From Octopus vulgaris (taxonomy: Eukaryota), in NCBI GenBank assembly GCA_951406725.2, contig OX597839.1, positions 23,250,001-23,314,000 on the forward strand: a stretch of DNA of 64,000 nt, written 5' to 3'. A model generated the notes under the pieces. That model did not search any database, was not told where the DNA came from, and was given only the letters and a program-made list of their open reading frames with translations. A program made the position numbers and the translations under genes. Shown here piece after piece: positions 62,030 to 64,000 of this stretch; position 1 is the first letter of the stretch, and each line of letters starts with the position of its first letter.

Positions 62030-62379
62030 TGAGGTCACACTGAAGAACGACCTCAGGATGTTGAATCTTTCAGGCAAGATGACAAAGCACCGAGATGCCT
62101 GGCACCTTACTGCAATCAAGAAGATCCATACTCCACACCACAAGTGTTTAGGCCGCTCCTTCTGGTTGTGTAATGCACTCATGGTGGTGCCATGTAAAAG
62201 TGCCATGCAATGCCACATAAAAGCAGTCGTCACACTCTGTAAAGTGGTTGGCATGTTAGGAAGGGCATCCTAACATGCCTTCTAGAAACCATACTAAATC
62301 AGACTGGAGACTGGTGCAGCTCCCCTAGCTTGCCAGCTCTGGTCACACTCTCCAACCCACACCAGCTTGGACAACGGAT

Positions 62380-62411
<32 letters not shown>

Positions 62412-62511
62412 AAGAAGAAGAAGGAGGAGGAGAAGGAGGAGGAGGAGGAGGAGGAGGAGGAGAAGAAGAAGAAGAAGAAGAAGAAGAAGAAGAAGAAGAA
62501 GAAGAAGATGG

Positions 62512-62542
<31 letters not shown>

Positions 62543-62591
62543 GATGATGATGATGATGATGATGAAGAAGAAGAAGAAGAGAAAAAGATGG

Positions 62592-62625
<34 letters not shown>

Positions 62626-62690
62626 GAAGAAGAAGAAGAAGAAGAAGAAGAAGAAGAAGAAGAAGAAGAAGAAGAAGAAGAAGAAGAACT
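62030..62690 (+). mobile_element. Diverged RTE 3' end with a tail expanded into a (GAA)/(GAG)/(GAT) compound microsatellite (62382-62690)
   Basis: VTLKNDLRMLNLSGKMTKHRDAW followed by GTGGTTGGC..TTAGGAAGGGCATCC. Confidence 0.7.
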
Positions 62691-63454
62691 TGATGAAAAC
62701 ATTTCAATATATATATGTGATTAGAGCAGTAATTTGGTTATGAAGTTAGGAGGTCTTGTAGTCATGGATGGTGACCTCATAAGGGCAGGTGCCATGTAAA
62801 AAGGCACCCAGTACTCTCTGTAAAATAGTTGGTGTCAGGAAGAGCATCCAGCTGAGGAAACCTCGCCAAAGCAGACGATGGGGCACAGTGCAATCCTTGG
62901 ACCTGTCTGATCCTGCCAAACCATCCAGTCTATGCCAGCAGGGAACAAGGATATAAAATGATGTACATCATGTCCCTGCATGTTAGTTAAAAGGGTTGTC
63001 ATTAGGGAGAATCTCTGGCCTTAAAACACTCCATCAAAAAAAAAAAAAAGAAAAAATCTGACCCATGCCTACATGGAAATGTGGAAGTAAAACACTGACA
63101 ATCTCTCCAATAAAAAAAAAAAACCATGGCTACCACAACAACAACAACAACGAAATACAGGCTTGTTGCCTCAAAACCCTCAACAGGTTGCATCTAAACT
63201 CTGCACTCCACCCTCATCCGCACACACACTCCAGCCCCTCCACACACACAGTATTGAATAAATAAACAAATTAAAGTGTTTTAAGAGTATTAACCGGATC
63301 CAAGAGCAATGCCAACATCTGCGACAACAAGGAATGATAGCTTCTCGGATGAATAATTACACCGAATTATAGTTCCAGCAGCCGGTGGGGAGGGGTAGAG
63401 TTAGGTTATCGACATAACGAGGGGGAAAGCCAAGGATTATGATTCTTATTATTA

Positions 63455-63797
63455 TTACTATCATCATCATCATCATCATCTTTACCATCATCACCATCAT
63501 CGTCATCATCATCACCACCACCACTACCACTATCACCACCACCACCACCACCATCATCATCATCACCACCACCACCATCATCACCACCACCACATCAACA
63601 TCATCATCATCGTCATCATCGTCACCGCCACCACCACCACCACCATCACCATCACCACCATCATCATTGTCATCATCGTCACCACCACCACCACTATCAT
63701 CATCATCACCACTACCACCACCACCATCACCACCACCACCACTACCGTCATCATCGTCACCACCACCACCATCATCATCATCATCACCACCACCACC

Positions 63798-63831
<34 letters not shown>

Positions 63832-63935
63832 TCATCATCGTCATCATCATCACCACCACCACCACCATCACCATCACCACCATCAACATCTTCATCATCA
63901 TCGTCATCATCATCGTTGTCGTCATCATTATTATT
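63455..63935. repeat. (CAT/CAC)n compound trinucleotide tract
   Basis: Directly visible. Confidence 0.95.
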
Positions 63936-64000
63936 ATGATTAGGATTCGTCTGTGTCTCGTCCTCCATGTTTTCTGTTCAGCCCTGGTGGCCAACAAAGA

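Noticed and set aside
27447-63997. Poly-Thr/Val/His/Asp/Gly and YI/CV-rich ORFs (mucin- or shell-protein-like)
   Set aside because: They are translations of tri- and dinucleotide microsatellites that are open in several frames and on both strands.

Overview
Eukaryotic, AT-rich, repeat-saturated intronic or intergenic DNA. It is most likely from a coleoid cephalopod such as Octopus, inferred from the SINE/RTE repertoire and microsatellite load; the species cannot be determined from the sequence. I cannot support any intact host protein-coding gene, and nearly all ORFs in the track are read-throughs of microsatellites, minisatellites or SINEs. Recognisable content: three tRNA-type SINE families (about 30 copies, called A, B and D here), many 5'-truncated RTE-clade LINE 3' ends with (GAT)n tails (one keeps the ORF2 C-terminus), decayed Tc1/mariner elements (DD41D, mariner DD34D, maT/DD37D), MITEs, a non-autonomous Helitron, CRE-clade and CR1/Jockey-like LINE fragments, and several minisatellites. 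The main result is about 11 complete or near-complete type I hammerhead ribozyme motifs plus several half motifs, from at least 6 unrelated sequence families. Almost all lie in short elements inserted in (TA)n tracts, often with an inverted 5' arm, consistent with Penelope-like pLTRs or retrozymes. Highlights are a 487-bp near-perfect palindrome with a hammerhead on each strand (51940-52426), a G3-C8 compensatory core variant (51783-51833) and a retrozyme-like tandem array (53184-53708). Coordinates were read by eye and may be off by a few bases.
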